Below, piece after piece: positions 47,086 through 64,000 of a stretch of 64,000 bases of DNA (position 1 is the stretch's first letter; each line of letters starts with the position of its first letter). Both the position numbers and the translations under genes were made by a program. Below the pieces are notes generated by a model. That model saw nothing but the letters and a program-made list of their open reading frames with translations. It was not told the DNA's origin and made no database searches. This DNA is from the human T2T-CHM13v2.0 reference genome, Homo sapiens: NCBI RefSeq assembly GCF_009914755.1, contig NC_060927.1. One strand, written 5' to 3'.

Positions 47086-49446
47086 TAGCTGGGATTACAA
47101 AGCCAGCTAGCTTTAAGATACAGTGTTGGGCATCACATTTTGGCACGGAGCAGGCACTCTTTTCTTTGCCCTCAGGTGGGACTTAGCCACCACAAGCCTT
47201 CCCTGGTGTGTGCAGTGGGTGATGAATGCTTGCCTGCTCAGCACCCACTACATGGTGGGCTGGGTCACATTACTCTGACTCCCCCTTGAGCTTCAGTCCG
47301 TGCCTGGTTCAAGATGTATTGACTCAACTCGAGGATCCAGAGGTGGGATGTGGCTCTGGCCTGGCCAGAGGACCGAAGATGCTGCATGCCATGGCTACAG
47401 CAACTGGTTCAGCTTTGGGCTCATGTCCTAGTCAGAGCCAATGAGATGTAATCTTGGGATATCTGCTGGGCTGTTGGGAAGGGGACAGGCTGCCCTGCTC
47501 ATCCCCATTCCTGATGCTGAGGGATCTGAGAAAATCACTTGTAAAATTCGGGGGTGTTTGGAAGATGGGGAGACTGATGTCTCCTTCTCTCTACAGACAT
47601 CTGATCAGCTACAGAGCTTGACTGACCTACCCAGAGGCAGAATGATATGGTGGTTAAAAGTGTGCCCTGGGCCGAGATCTTGCCACTGCACTCCAGCCTG
47701 GGTGACAGAGTGAGACTCCATCTCAAAAGAAAAAAAAAAGTGTGCTCTGGGCTGGTCGCAGGAGTTTATGACTGTAATCCCAGCAGTTTGGGAGGCTGAG
47801 GCAGGAGGATCGCTTGAAGTCAGGAGTTTGAGATCAGACCCTATCTCTAGAAAAATGTTTTAAAAATTAGCTGGGTTGGTGGTGAATGCCTGTAGTCCCA
47901 GCTACTCAGGAGGCTGAGGCGGGAAGATTGCTGGAGCCCGGGAGTTCAAGGCTGCAGTGAGCCATGATCAGGCCACTGCACTCCAGTTTGAGGGACAGAG
48001 AGAGACCCCATCTCCCTAAAGCACAAAAAAGTGTGCTCTGGTGCCACACTGCCTGGTTAGATCCTTTGTCCACCACTTAGATGCATGTTATATAAATGCT
48101 CTCCTCAGTTTCCTCATCTGTAACTTGGGGATGATAATGCTGCCCCATTAAGTGGTTATGGGGACTAAATTCATGTGGGCGCATTGGTAAGTATTCAACA
48201 AGCTTGATTTTTTCCTGGAGAGGGAGAAAGAGCATACAGTGAAGTGGCATGCTCAGGTGCATTGGGGCAAGGATTATTTCCTCTGGCTTCTGCCTCCTGG
48301 GAGGTACTAAGGATGGATCTGAAATGTGTCTGCAGACCCCAGAGTTGGGGACTGCAGAGGGAAATTGAGATCAGGGACCCCAGTCTGGCAGAAATGGGTG
48401 CAGCATGGGGCATTGGGTTCCTTCCATCAGAGGCATGGGGTGTGTTGCAGACAGTCATGAGATGTGGCTGAATCTTGCAAGGGAGCTGCAGTCCTAGGGT
48501 TGCTGCTTGAGACAATGACCGCTGTCAGTGGAACCTGGTGACCTTCACCCTTCTCTGTCAGGCTGCAGACAGCAAGAGATGGCAGGAGGTTACACCCAAC
48601 AGGAAAAGGGCCATTGCTATCCCACAGGTTGCCATAGGAGGAGATGACATCTCTTCCCTCTCCTCCTCCAGCAGTGTCAGCTGGGGAAGAGGTGGGTGGG
48701 GGTGCACAAAAGAGTAGACCACAGACCATGCTCCTTCTCCTCCAGTCTGCTGGGGCCCCAAGAGAGTCTGCAGCCCTTGGCCAGGGACCGGCTGATACAG
48801 GAGAACAAAAGATCTCAGTCTGGGATAACATGGTGGTGCAGCTGATCCTCTGGAACTCCCTGTGAGATCAGACTGGAGCCAGTCTCCAGCTGAGACCACA
48901 TCTCACTTAGCTCCTTCCCTGCCATATCCTGTTTTCCTTACTCCTATCTACTGAGAGTCCTGAATGAATTACATGCACTCAATCCCTGCCTCAGGCTCTG
49001 CTTTTAGGGAACTTGACCTAAGACAGATATCTTAGTACTAAATACTTTGCAAGGCCTCAGAAGCTCTGCTATCCACAGGCAGGTGAGATATTACCTTCCC
49101 TACCACCTGGCAGTCATAGTCTATGATGCGATTCAGCTTTGTGGAAGTGCTTCTGTAAAGAACTTCCCCCAACTTAAGATGATCTTAATTTGCTTACTTG
49201 TTTACTGTCCATTTAGCTGCTGTAAAATGTGAGCTCCAAATCAGTGGTCATGTCTGGTTAGTTACCCATTTCCTGGGACCTAGAACGGGCCTAGCTCAGA
49301 GCATGTGCTCACTATTGATGGAATGCATGTTGAAAGAACGCATGAATCTCATCTCCTTTTGTGGGTGAAAAACTCATCCTATTCTCACTCCTGATTAACT
49401 TTCCTTCTTTTTTTTTTTTTTTTTTTTTTTCAAAACGGAGCCATGA

Positions 49447-49593
<147 letters not shown>

Positions 49594-52500
49594 TAATAGA
49601 GACAGGGTTTCACCATGTTGGCCAGGCTTGTCTTGAACTCCTGACGTCGTGATCTGCCTGCTTTGGCCTCCCAAAGTCCTGGGATTACAGGCATGAGCCA
49701 CCGTACCCAGCCACTCTTGATTAACTTAATGGAAATATTTACAGAGATTCTTTCTCTTCTGGGTTCTAGCGTCTTATCTGTAACCTCTGCAGGTAATACA
49801 TTTTCCTTCCTGATAAAAGCATTTCTATGGTTGCTTTTACTTGCAAATCCTCTAATACTTATTTATTCCATTTCTGATTGGCATTAGACATAATTCTCAA
49901 TTTTTAGTGACAGCACTTTTGTTAACTTACATATCAATCGACTTTGCCTTGAAATGTGACATTGACTAGAAGGATGAAACTTCTAACATGCTGTAGAACA
50001 TAGTTTCACTGGCTAACTTATTATTTAGAAGAAGCTAATATTGCCATTATGAGGGACTTAGGTGGCTCTGAAGAACCAGTTGTATTTCTGATGTTTGCAA
50101 TGTTAAATCACAGATATTGCCAATGTGAAATAGGTTCTGTATGCTGTGTTCTCAATACACACCTTTTCCAAAGATATCCCAAGCTGTAGTCTTAGGAAAC
50201 TGTGATTTTTCTTATTTGGTCTCATAGGAATTTGGGGAGCTATGCAGGATCTCCATAAAATGAGCTCCAGAAAGACACATGTGTGCACATGCACACACAC
50301 TCACACACACACTCACACATGTACCACACCACAATTGACTGTTTATTTGGGACCCACGATTATCAGAAGTGCTATTTTCAACAAACACTTCTGAGAAATA
50401 ATCTGAACACTTAATTGGATGCAAAAGAGTCAGTATTTACTATTCTACCCTTTAATTAGCATAATCAGTGTTTCCAGCAGCAAAAGTAATTGGAAAATCG
50501 CTAGTTTTATTAGGTTAATTATTCTCCCTTATCGTAGTGTGGCATCAGCGTGGCTATTATTCTTAAATTGCCTCTTTAAAACAAGGGCTGGTGCTTCTTA
50601 CAGGCAATTCCTAACTCTTGGGTTTTGTAGAGAGCCCAAAACTCTTTAGAACCTATAATTCAAGGAAAGGCTCCACTTTGGTTTTGCATTTTGTCTGGTG
50701 TCTTTGGCTGACAGAATTTATGTCACAAGGTGCACATATTTGGGGGAGGCTCATGGACAGCCCATCGTGCTTGTGCTTTGGTAGGAAGTACGTGCCGTTA
50801 AGGGGAAGGAGATAGTTACTGATTCTAGGGAACAATTGGGTAGAAAGAGATGGACTCCCTGTGTTTGAAATTCAAAACTCAAGCTTGGCTCTAAGTGTTT
50901 CCTTGCTTTGCTTTGCTCCAGGGGAGTCACTGAGCAGAACGAAGCGAGTTGCCTGAGATTCTTCAAAGCCCCAGCCCTTTTGGAGGTTACATTGTTATTC
51001 TCAGAGCCTTTATGATGCATAATAAAGACCTAGCTTGTACCAATATTAGGATGAGTTATCTTGCTATTAACATTCTTTTAGGTAGAAGTTGCTGGTCCCA
51101 TCTTGCTCACAATCCTCCAAAGTTTGAAAGTTATTTTCCAGGAGACTTGGCTTGCACTGAGAGCTGCCCTCCCACTCTCTCTCCAAATTTCCTCTTCGGA
51201 GTAGCCTAACAAGGTGCTGTCACAGACCCTTGTCAGCCACGATGACCCCACCCAGACCATCCCTCTGCTGTTTCACTCTTTGATACTCTCTGGAGCTCTC
51301 TGGGGAGGGGTGAGACCTGCCGTCTTCTTTGTACGGTTTGCCCAGGTCTTACAGTCATGGCTGGCTGCCTCTCTCTGAGAACTGGGACTCCTGAACTTGG
51401 TGAAATACCTCAGCCATCGATCATGTTGAATTATTGGGAACACTCATTTAAAATCCGAGCCTGTTCCAGATAGACTCTCTCTCTTTCTGCCCTGACTGTG
51501 AGAGAAGCCCTGCTGGATGGTGGAGATGCTCGTGGGCTGTGAGCAAGGGATGCAAAGGCTGCCGGGAATCCCATCTTTCCAGCATCATCTGCTAAGTCAC
51601 ATTAGTTCCTGGGTATCTGGATGGGTTCTAGCAGCATTACTGTCATTGAAGGAAAAATGATAGCCATATTAAAGGTTAATGCAGCAATCTCCACATAGGC
51701 TGCCTTGAAGGGACGCAGGACAAGGGTAGGTTTTCCTTGTGATGGACAGGAGGCAGGCGGCCCTCCCACAGCCCTGCCTGGCAATGCAGGTGTGTCCCCA
51801 AAAGGCACTGGGGGCCAGCTGGAGTGCTATGCCGAGGCGGGCTGACCTGGGCCGTGGGTTCGCTGATTGCAGCGGTTTCCTGCCAGCTCCTTGGAGAGCT
51901 GGCAGATGGCCCAGCCCCACAGCAGGAGCCGCGAATGGCAGAGCGACATACAACAATTTGATATCCACTTGCCAGAGGAGCCGGGTGTCATCAGTCGCCT
52001 GGATCTGTGCCCAACTTCTTTTTGCATAAACACTTATGAATTCAGCCAAGAGGAAAAGCACTCTGATTATGAATTGAGCAGAAGGAAACAAAGTTCTGCA
52101 GATAAACACCAATGAGACAAAAAAACACAAATAAGAAAAATGACAGAAAAGAAGAACCTTCCCAGAAGCCTCCTGCCAGTGAACGGCCACCATAGCAAGA
52201 GCATGGAGGCCCTGGGTTTTGAACTGTGAGATAAGGAAGATGATGAAAACCTCCCTAGCAGCCAGGCAAGCACAAGATTCCTGTGAAATCCAGGTCTAAG
52301 TGTTTTGACTACAGAAGTAATATTATGTCATAGGTGAGAGCTGTGAGTTGCTGAACCCAAAGTGAGTTCAAATCCAAGTTCTGCCTCCTGCAACCTTTGT
52401 GACTTTGAGAAGTTCCAACACCACTTTGTGCCTCAGTTTTCTCATCTGTCAAATGGGCATAATCACAGCTCTTGCCTCAGAGTTGTTGTAAATTAATACA

Positions 52501-52944
52501 TGTAAAGCACTGAAATCAGCCTGGTATACACTAAGTGTTATGAACGTTATTTTCTTGGAAGGACAGAACTTATTTTCATGGTCTAAGCCAGAAAATCTAA
52601 AAAATGTGAGAGAAGGGGAAAGAATCTAGAGTGTCACCATGAGGGGGAAAAGTCAACTTGAAGCAGGACAGGGTCATTGACAATTTCCTGTGATTCTACA
52701 GCTGCCTTGTAAACTATGGTAGCTCCTAGCCACTTGTTGTTTAGATTTTGTGCTTTAGAAATGAATTAAGGCCGGACATGGTGGCTCATGCCTGTAATCC
52801 CAGCACTTTGGGAGGCCAAGGTGGGCAGATCACCTGAGGTCAGGCGTTCAAGATCAGCCTGGCCAGCATGGTGAAATCCTGTCTCTACAAAAATACAAAA
52901 ATTAGCCGGGCATGATGGCGGGTTCCTGTAATCCTAGGTTCTCA

Positions 52945-53064
<120 letters not shown>

Positions 53065-53235
53065 TTAGGTAAAATAAGAGAAAATTGAAAATTCAGCTCT
53101 TCATTCTCACCAGCCACATTTCAAGGGCTCAACAGCCCATGTGGGTGGCTAGCAGCTCCCATATTGGACAGTGCAGAGTAGAGCAAGTCTGCCATTGCAG
53201 AATGTTTGATTGGACCATGACCGAATAGTCTAATG

Positions 53236-53730
53236 CAGTGGTCCCCAATTTTTTTTAGCACCAAGGACCAGTTTCCATGGATTTTTGGGGGGAAGTTTCC
53301 GGATGATTCAAGTGCATTAAATTTATTGTGTACTTTATTTTTATTGTTATGAACATTATAATATATAATGAAATCATTATACAACTCACCATAATGTAGA
53401 ATCAGTGGGAGCCCTGAGCTTGTTTTCCTGCAACTAGATAATCCCATCTCAGGGTGGTAGGAGACAGTGACAGATCATCAGGCATTAGATTCTCATAAGG
53501 AACACACAACCTGGATCCCTTCCACATGCAGTTCACAATAGGGTTGGTGCTCCTATGAGAATCTAATGCCACTGCTGATCTGATAGGAGACAGAGCTCAG
53601 CCAGGGGGATCAGCTGTAAATACAGATGAAGCTTCACTCGCTAGCCTGCTGCTCACCTCCTTCTGTGCAACCCAGTTCCTAACAGGCCACAGACCACTAC
53701 TGGTCCGTGGTCTGGGGACTAGGGACCTCT
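53236..53730. mobile_element. MER1-type hAT transposon inside a MER3/MER33-like element
   Basis: cagtggtccccaa...cattagattctcataagga...gggacctctg. Confidence 0.7.
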
Positions 53731-53813
53731 GGTCTATTGGATAACACTGGCTTGGAGCATACTGATCAGCCAAAGAAGTGCTGAGATGATTTGGCCTCCG
53801 TTAGTAAGAATGA

Positions 53814-54146
<333 letters not shown>

Positions 54147-55056
54147 TAGTTCCAAGCACTTTCCCTGCACTTTCTCAGTTAATCCTCTCAGTGACTCTTT
54201 GAAGCAGGGAGTATGACAATCTTAACTTCCCAGATGGAGCAACTCAGGCAGAGAGAGCAAGTCATTGGCCACGGTCGCCCAGCTGAGGAGGGATGGAGCC
54301 AGCTGAGATCCTCTTCTAGGGAGCTAACACTGCAGCCTGCATTCTGGGCTGTTGTATTCTCCCATGTTGCTATCTGACGAGCACAGCATGGGCTCAGAGT
54401 ACAGAGAGGAGGAACCAGGTAATAAGGATAGGTCTGGGGTGAAGGCTGGTGCCTTGGGGAAGAAGAGAGAGGCCCCATTCTAAAGGGATGCCATTGGAAG
54501 CTCATAGTGATAAAGCAAAGCCGACAGGTTTTGGGACTGGGAGTTAAGCACACAGTTCTGGTTTCTGCCTTTTCACAGTGGTGATGAATGGGCACTGAGA
54601 CCCTCTCAAGCTAAAGTTGTCATCATTGCTCTTCATAGTCTGAAGGTGCATGAAATGGTCAACTTTCTTCCAAAGGGCTTTTATGCCTAAGTCTGTGGAT
54701 AGTGTATAAACAGATATTTACTGAATTCCTGCTGGGTGCAGACACTGTGGCCAGCCCTGAGGCTACAGTCGAGATGAAGCCAGTCTCTGTCCTCATGGAG
54801 ACCTATCTATTGATAAGAAAAGAGAAAGCTCACTGAGCATTGACCCTGTGCCCACTGCTTTTGATGCATCTCTCATTTAATCCTTCTATCAAATCGGTGA
54901 AATAAACACATCACCATCATCCCTATTTCACATTTAGGGAAACATATGCTTAGAGAGGGTAAGTAACTTGGTCAAGGTCGCACAGCTTCGAACTCTCATC
55001 CCACAGGTGCAGGAATGAGAGGCAGCAGCCGGGGAAGCCAGGGTCTCCGGAAGTCC

Positions 55057-55203
55057 TTGTCTCTGGGCGGTGATCCAGAGAGAGAGAGAGAACACGATTG
55101 TCTCAGCAATGGGTCTTCTTCTGAGTCTTGAAGGAGCACTTCCAGAGCCTCTCAGTGTTAAACATCGTGTTGTGAATGACTCCGTGAGCTCTGACCCAGT
55201 GAC
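55057..55203 (-). pseudogene. ENPP7-like exon 2 homolog
   Basis: cccaag|GHWVRAHGVIHNTMFNTE...C*DNRVL(CT)n/LWITAQRQ resembles ENPP7 GKYIENHGVVHNMYYN...WWDNGSVPIWITAQRQ. It has a frameshift in the CT run and a degenerate donor (gg). Confidence 0.8.
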
Positions 55204-55504
55204 CTTGGGGATAAAGGAGGGGAGGTACGGATAAGCTCTTCGAATGGATGTTGCCGGGGTGTCAGTGTTCTTTGAGGGCACAGACTATGTGTCACTAAAG
55301 AAAGAGCCCAGTGCCTTTTCTCATTGCTCAAGAGATTGAAGGGGTAGTAAGAAAAGATGTTAAGTTATAAACACGTTTCAGTTTTGGTACCAGTTGAACC
55401 AATTTACGTTTTGAAGAGGAAAGAGTCTTGCCTACAATGTCAGCCCCCGGGTTTTCCTTCTGCTTATGGAATCCAGGCAATGGGCAAAGAGAAAAAGAAA
55501 ACTA

Positions 55505-55711
<207 letters not shown>

Positions 55712-55940
55712 TCATCCCAGGAGGCTGAGGCTGCAGCGAGCCATGATCGTGCCACTATACTCCTGCCTGGGTGGCAGAGTGAGGCCCTGTCTCAAAAGAA
55801 AACAAAAAAGATAAAAAGAAAACTAGGGAATCTAGACAGCATAAGTTTATATATATAATAAAGAACTGAGATAGAACTGGGTTGACTGAGTAATTATTTG
55901 AACTGCTTTTGACTGAATTTTTCCTATTGGAGTCAACCTT

Positions 55941-55944
<4 letters not shown>

Positions 55945-55981
<37 letters not shown>
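55945..55981. repeat. (TG)n microsatellite
   Basis: About 18 TG units. Confidence 0.95.
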
Positions 55982-55983
<2 letters not shown>

Positions 55984-56039
55984 TTGGTTTAGTTTTGTCT
56001 TTGTGTTTTTTTGAGACTGGGCCTTCTTCTGTTGTCTAG

Positions 56040-56279
<240 letters not shown>

Positions 56280-56824
56280 TGAGTCCCTGCGCCCAGCTAG
56301 AGTCTACCTTTCTTTGAATTCACTGCAGTGCAAAGACTGGGACATGTGGAACTCCAGGTGTGTATGGGTTACATAGAGATGCTAGGGGCTGATTAAGGAA
56401 GGAAAGATATGAGAAGCCTGCAGAGCATGCTTTCCCAGACTGTATGGGCCCTGGGAAAGGAGAAGTGGACAGAAAGGGAACACTGGGTGCCCTGGAAGAG
56501 AAGATTCATCCAGGTCATCAGGGAAGTTACTAATGCAAGGGAAGAAATGCAGAGTCAGGGCCAAACACGCTTCTTCCAAGTCCTTTCTGTCTGCTCAGTC
56601 ACCTCTATGCTTATTTTTCTTCTTTCCTGTAAGTAGTGCCACGTGTTTTCTCCCCATTCCTAGTCACTCCTAGTCAACTAACTCCTCTCTTTACCATCTT
56701 TTCATCAGAACTTGAAACCTCCTCTCCTTCATGTATTAGTGATCATGTTTCTCCATAATACTGCTAGAAACAAGAATTGAAACCTGGAAAACCTGCATTT
56801 GAATACCAGATCTGCCTCTGCTAA

Positions 56825-56986
<162 letters not shown>

Positions 56987-57132
56987 TAAAGGTGTGTGTC
57001 ACCACACCTGGCTAATTTTTAATGTTTATTTTTTTTGTTTACTTATTTGTTTTTGTAGAGATGGGGTCTTGCTATGTTGCACAGGCTGGTCTCAAACTCG
57101 TGGGCTCAGGCGATCCTCCTGCCTTGGCCTCT

Positions 57133-58157
<1,025 letters not shown>

Positions 58158-58405
58158 CAAAGTGCTGGGGTTATAAGCATGAGCCACTGGTCCCAGCCAA
58201 TTCCATTCTTTTAACGCAAACTAGAAAATAAGTGTTCAGAAAGGCCTGCCTTATCCACCTCAGGGAGTTGCTATGAAGATCAAGTTAGATCATATGCAAC
58301 AGAAGTTTAGAAAAGATTCCAAAAGCACTGCACAATGGGAATGTATTTTTAAACTCTACTGAGTGGACTTAAAAGTATGTTTTTTACTTTCTTTTTTTTG
58401 TTTGA

Positions 58406-58513
<108 letters not shown>

Positions 58514-58870
58514 TAACTGGGATTACAGGCGCCCACCACCATGCCTGACTAATTGCTTTTTTTTTCTTTTTGTCTTTTTAGTAGAGATGGGGTTTCACAG
58601 TGTTGGCCAGGCTGGTCTCGAACTCCTGACCTTAGCTGATCCACCCACCTTGGCGTCCCAGAGTGCTGGGATTAAGGCTTGAGCCACCACACCCAACCTG
58701 TGTTTCTTTTTTAAGCAAGAAAACAAATGCCTCTCCCCAGCTCTCACTAAACCAATCCCTCTTTTTTTTTTTTTTTTTTCCCATAGGATTCTTTTCCTTC
58801 TTGCCCCAGTGCAAACATTCTATTTTCTTTTGGCCCTTCTGTCCATCTGTGAAAGGGTCAGGCTTTCTAG

Positions 58871-59975
<1,105 letters not shown>

Positions 59976-60654
59976 AAAAGGCAGGGCATCCTCATTTTCT
60001 TCCCTACTTCAGAAATAAGGAAGTTAACTTCAACCCCTCGCAGAGAGAGAGAGAGGCTTCCTGAGCTTCCAACAATCAATTACCCAAATATTAGTCGCAG
60101 AAGAGCACTAAGGGTTGTGCACAGCACGTGGCCAGCCCGTTCTCAGAGTCTGTCAAGTTTAAGGTGAACGCTAATACTGAATGAGTTTTAAAATGTATTT
60201 GACATTTTCTGGTCATTGTAACATGTTCTCACATCGTGATGGCTGGGGTTTCTCTCTCAGGTGTAATCTGCGAAGTCAGATGTGACACAGCCTGGGTGAG
60301 GTGGGCCAAGCTGGGAACTGGGTTAGGAGGGAAGCTGGGGAATGAGCGCCAAGGTCTCAGATCCCAAACTGGCTTTAGCCTGATTCACCCAGAGGGACCT
60401 GGTAAAAAATACACATTCCAGGGCCCACCCCAGACCTAATGAATCAGAATTACCTGGGAAGGAGCCTGGGGAGCTCTGTTTTCAGAAGCAGCCCAGCAGA
60501 ATCCTACCATCAGACAGGGCTAGGAAACTGAGCTCAGGCTAGGGCAGTAGTTCCCAAACTCGTCTGTGCTTCAAAAAATACAGATGCTGATGGCCAGTCA
60601 TGGTGGCTCACACCTGTGATCCCAGCAATTTGGGAGGCTGAGGGGGCAGGATCA

Positions 60655-60996
<342 letters not shown>

Positions 60997-61922
60997 CTAA
61001 AGTGTAGATGAGTTTGGAAACCACACATGTAAGGCACACTTGAATTGGGGAGCAGTGAGGTGGTGTGGGCTAGCCGGCCAGAACCCAGGGGTGGGGCGGT
61101 AGGAACCAGTATTGCAGAGGCCATGAAGGCTGGGAAGCATAGTGTCTGGGGCCCATAACAATGCTTGGACATGAATGCTTTAGACCTAAGACAATTGGCT
61201 CCTAAATGTGAAAACTGCAAGGCTGAAATGAATGCATGTTTAATGCTTTGCAACATTGTCAAGTGGTCAGGTGCAACTCCGTTCTGAGGGCATGATGCCT
61301 GAGATATTCCTGTAATGGGGGTTGATTTTAATGAATTTAATATGGTGTGGAGTGGTGCCTTCAAAAGTAAAAATGTCAGTTCTAAGTTGGTTGCGGGGGG
61401 TCTGGGCAAAGGTCTTAAAACACCGTGGTAAACACCCCAATTTTAAAACAGGGACTTTTTTCCAAGAGACTTTTTGAAAATAGCTCTTATTTTGAGGGGA
61501 GGAACCCTGGCGGGAGAAAGCCAGAGTTAAGCCCAGCTGAGAGGGAGTTGGCAGGCAGGGGTCTGCCTGGTCCTCACTGAGGCTTGCTACTCAGGGTGAG
61601 CTTCCTAAACCAGTGCAGATTTGCTGGCCCACTGAGCCTCCCAGATGAGAACCTGCATTTCAACAAGGTCCTCAGTGCAGCAAAGTTTGAGATATACTGG
61701 GCTAGAACACCCAGGGGACCTAAAGGTTCTTTGAAAACTAAGGAAAATAGGCAGGAGGTGGTGGCTTATGCCTGTAATCCTTGTATTTTGGGAGGCCAAG
61801 GTGGGTGGGTCACTTGAGGTCAGGAGTTGGAGACCAGCCTGGACCAACATGGTGAAACACCATCTCTACAAAAGATACAAAAATTAGCCTGGTGCAGTGG
61901 CAGGTACCTGTAGTCCCAGCTA

Positions 61923-62021
<99 letters not shown>

Positions 62022-64000
62022 CTAAAAAAATAAATAAATAAATAAATAAAATAAAAATAAATACTGGGCTAGAAGACCCAGGAGACCCAAAGATTCTCTC
62101 AAAACTAAGGAAAATAATCTAGGTCACATATATATTCTCTTTCTCCTTCTCCTCATTGCCCCTCTCCACCAGTAATCTTTATAGACTCAAATAGAGTTGA
62201 TGTTCTATAATCAATTCTAGTCACTTTTATTTATATTTATTTATTTTAGAGATGGGGGTCTCACTATGTTGCTCAGGCTGGTCTCAAATTCCCGGGCTCA
62301 AGTGATCCATCCACCTCGGTCTCCCAAAGTGCTAGGATTACAGGCATCAGCCACTGCACTTGGCCGTTACTTTTATTTTTGATGTTCAAATTATAAGCTA
62401 ATGTCTGTGAGACCATAGATTCTTTTTATGCACTCAATACGTTTTTGTGTTTACCTTACATTTTTATTATGGAAAAGATTCTGTTTTTTCCACTTGTTTC
62501 TATTTGATAATGAAGCCCTCTGTGCCTATCGCCAGCCTCAGCCGCCATCATCTCATTACCAAGCTGGGTTATTTTGAAGCAAACATCTTCAATATTTAGC
62601 CGGTGTTCAAATTTACCAAACCATCCTAAATGAGTGTTTAGAATAGTTGTCTCATTGGAAACAAGGTCAAAACAAGTACATTTTACATTTTTAGGCCAGT
62701 CTTGAAAGTAAGCGTAAAACCATGTGTGGGATAGGAGGTGGAACTAGCCTCTCAAGGTGGGACCTGGATACCAGACCCAATTGAGGACTAGCTAAGACAG
62801 ATTCCACAGTGAATAACACCAGGAGGTGGGAATATTAAGGTCCATTGCAAAGGCTGGCTACCACAATTATTTGATCAACTAGTTATCAAACCTGACTGCA
62901 GCTGAGAGAGATTTGTTTTTGCTTTTTTTTTTTTTTCAGAGACAGGGTCTTGCTATATTGCCCAGGCTGGACTCAAACTCCTGGGCTCAAGTGATTCTTC
63001 TGCCTCAGTATCCCGAGTAGCTGAGACTACAGGTGTGTGCCACTGTGCCCAGCAAGATATTAAAAAATACATATGCGCGGACACCACTCTAAACCAACTA
63101 AATCAGAATCAGATATAGTGAAGTCATTAATCATTTTGCTCCTGGGTCTTTATGACAGTTTTGCTCCTGGGAAACTCCTGGGAATGTGGTAGAGAGAGAG
63201 AAAGAGATGGGAAAATACGATTTTAAGAAGTGTTGCTATGCATTTTGAAAATAATATTTCTTTGGTGTTTGTCTTGAGGGATGGCAATAAACATTTCAAT
63301 TGCTTTTAAGTATGCTTGCATGCTGGAATGATGGTTCTATGAATGCAGCATCGAACTGGGATTGGGCCACATGGCAGCCAGCATGAGACTTTATGCCACA
63401 TTTATAAAACATGAATGTCATGAGCCCACTCTCAGGGACCTTACTATTTGGAGGGTTAGGTCAGATCCACAAATCTCTTCTATCTCATGGTAAAGGAAGC
63501 CTGGCGTGTAGCAGGAGATGGTGTGAAACAATATCATATTGCATGATCAATATTTGTATTCTTAGCAATATTAAACTTTTTGACCCCCTCCATTGTGTCA
63601 TCAATTTGCTTAATACAGTTTCTGCTTCAGCGTCGGTTTTTAAGCCTGGTGTAAGCTGTTTGAAACCCAGGCACGTACCCCGCCCATTATCTTTGGCCTA
63701 GTTAACACCTCCCGTCCCTGCGTGGTGGTTTGGAGAACCTGCTTGTTCCTCATCCCACTGATCCCAAACCCAGGACACCCCACAGCTGCTGACCATGACT
63801 AAACCTAATGGAGATTTAATGCCTTTCTTCTGATTCTCAGGGTCTGACATTCATTCACTTAAATACTTGCAGAGTCAGCCAGGCATGGTGGCTCACACCT
63901 GTAATCCCAGCACTTTGGGAGGCAGAGGTGGGTGGATCACGAGGTCAAGAGTTCAAGACCAGCCTGGCCAACATGGTGAAACCCCATCGCTACTAAAAAT

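Overview
Primate (most likely human) genomic DNA, very Alu-rich, carrying one copy of the segmentally duplicated 16p13.3-derived ALG1L / FAM86 / ENPP7P cassette. The sequence alone does not tell me which paralogous locus it is. On the + strand is a 5'-truncated ALG1 duplicate (ALG1 exons 6-13, 13429-20505), preceded by an ATG exon (MGATAGW, 3619-3638) inside an L2 element. It has a dead exon-7 acceptor and a premature stop in exon 13. On the - strand, converging on it, is a complete 8-exon FAM86/EEF2KMT-type pseudogene (33474 to about 19920) with a dead exon-1 donor and a +2 microsatellite frameshift in exon 3; exons 4-8 (methyltransferase domain) are intact. Further right are its CpG-island promoter, a nested Alu/ERV1-LTR/LTR12 stack, and two exons of a strongly diverged ENPP7-like pseudogene (-). 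I found no wholly new biological system. The best leads are splice-rescued ORFs of the two pseudogenes, pseudogene alleles matching ALG1-CDG mutations, an LTR12 promoter aimed at the FAM86 copy, and the fossil of an ancient ENPP7 paralog. All comparisons with reference genes and repeat consensuses are from memory, not from alignments.
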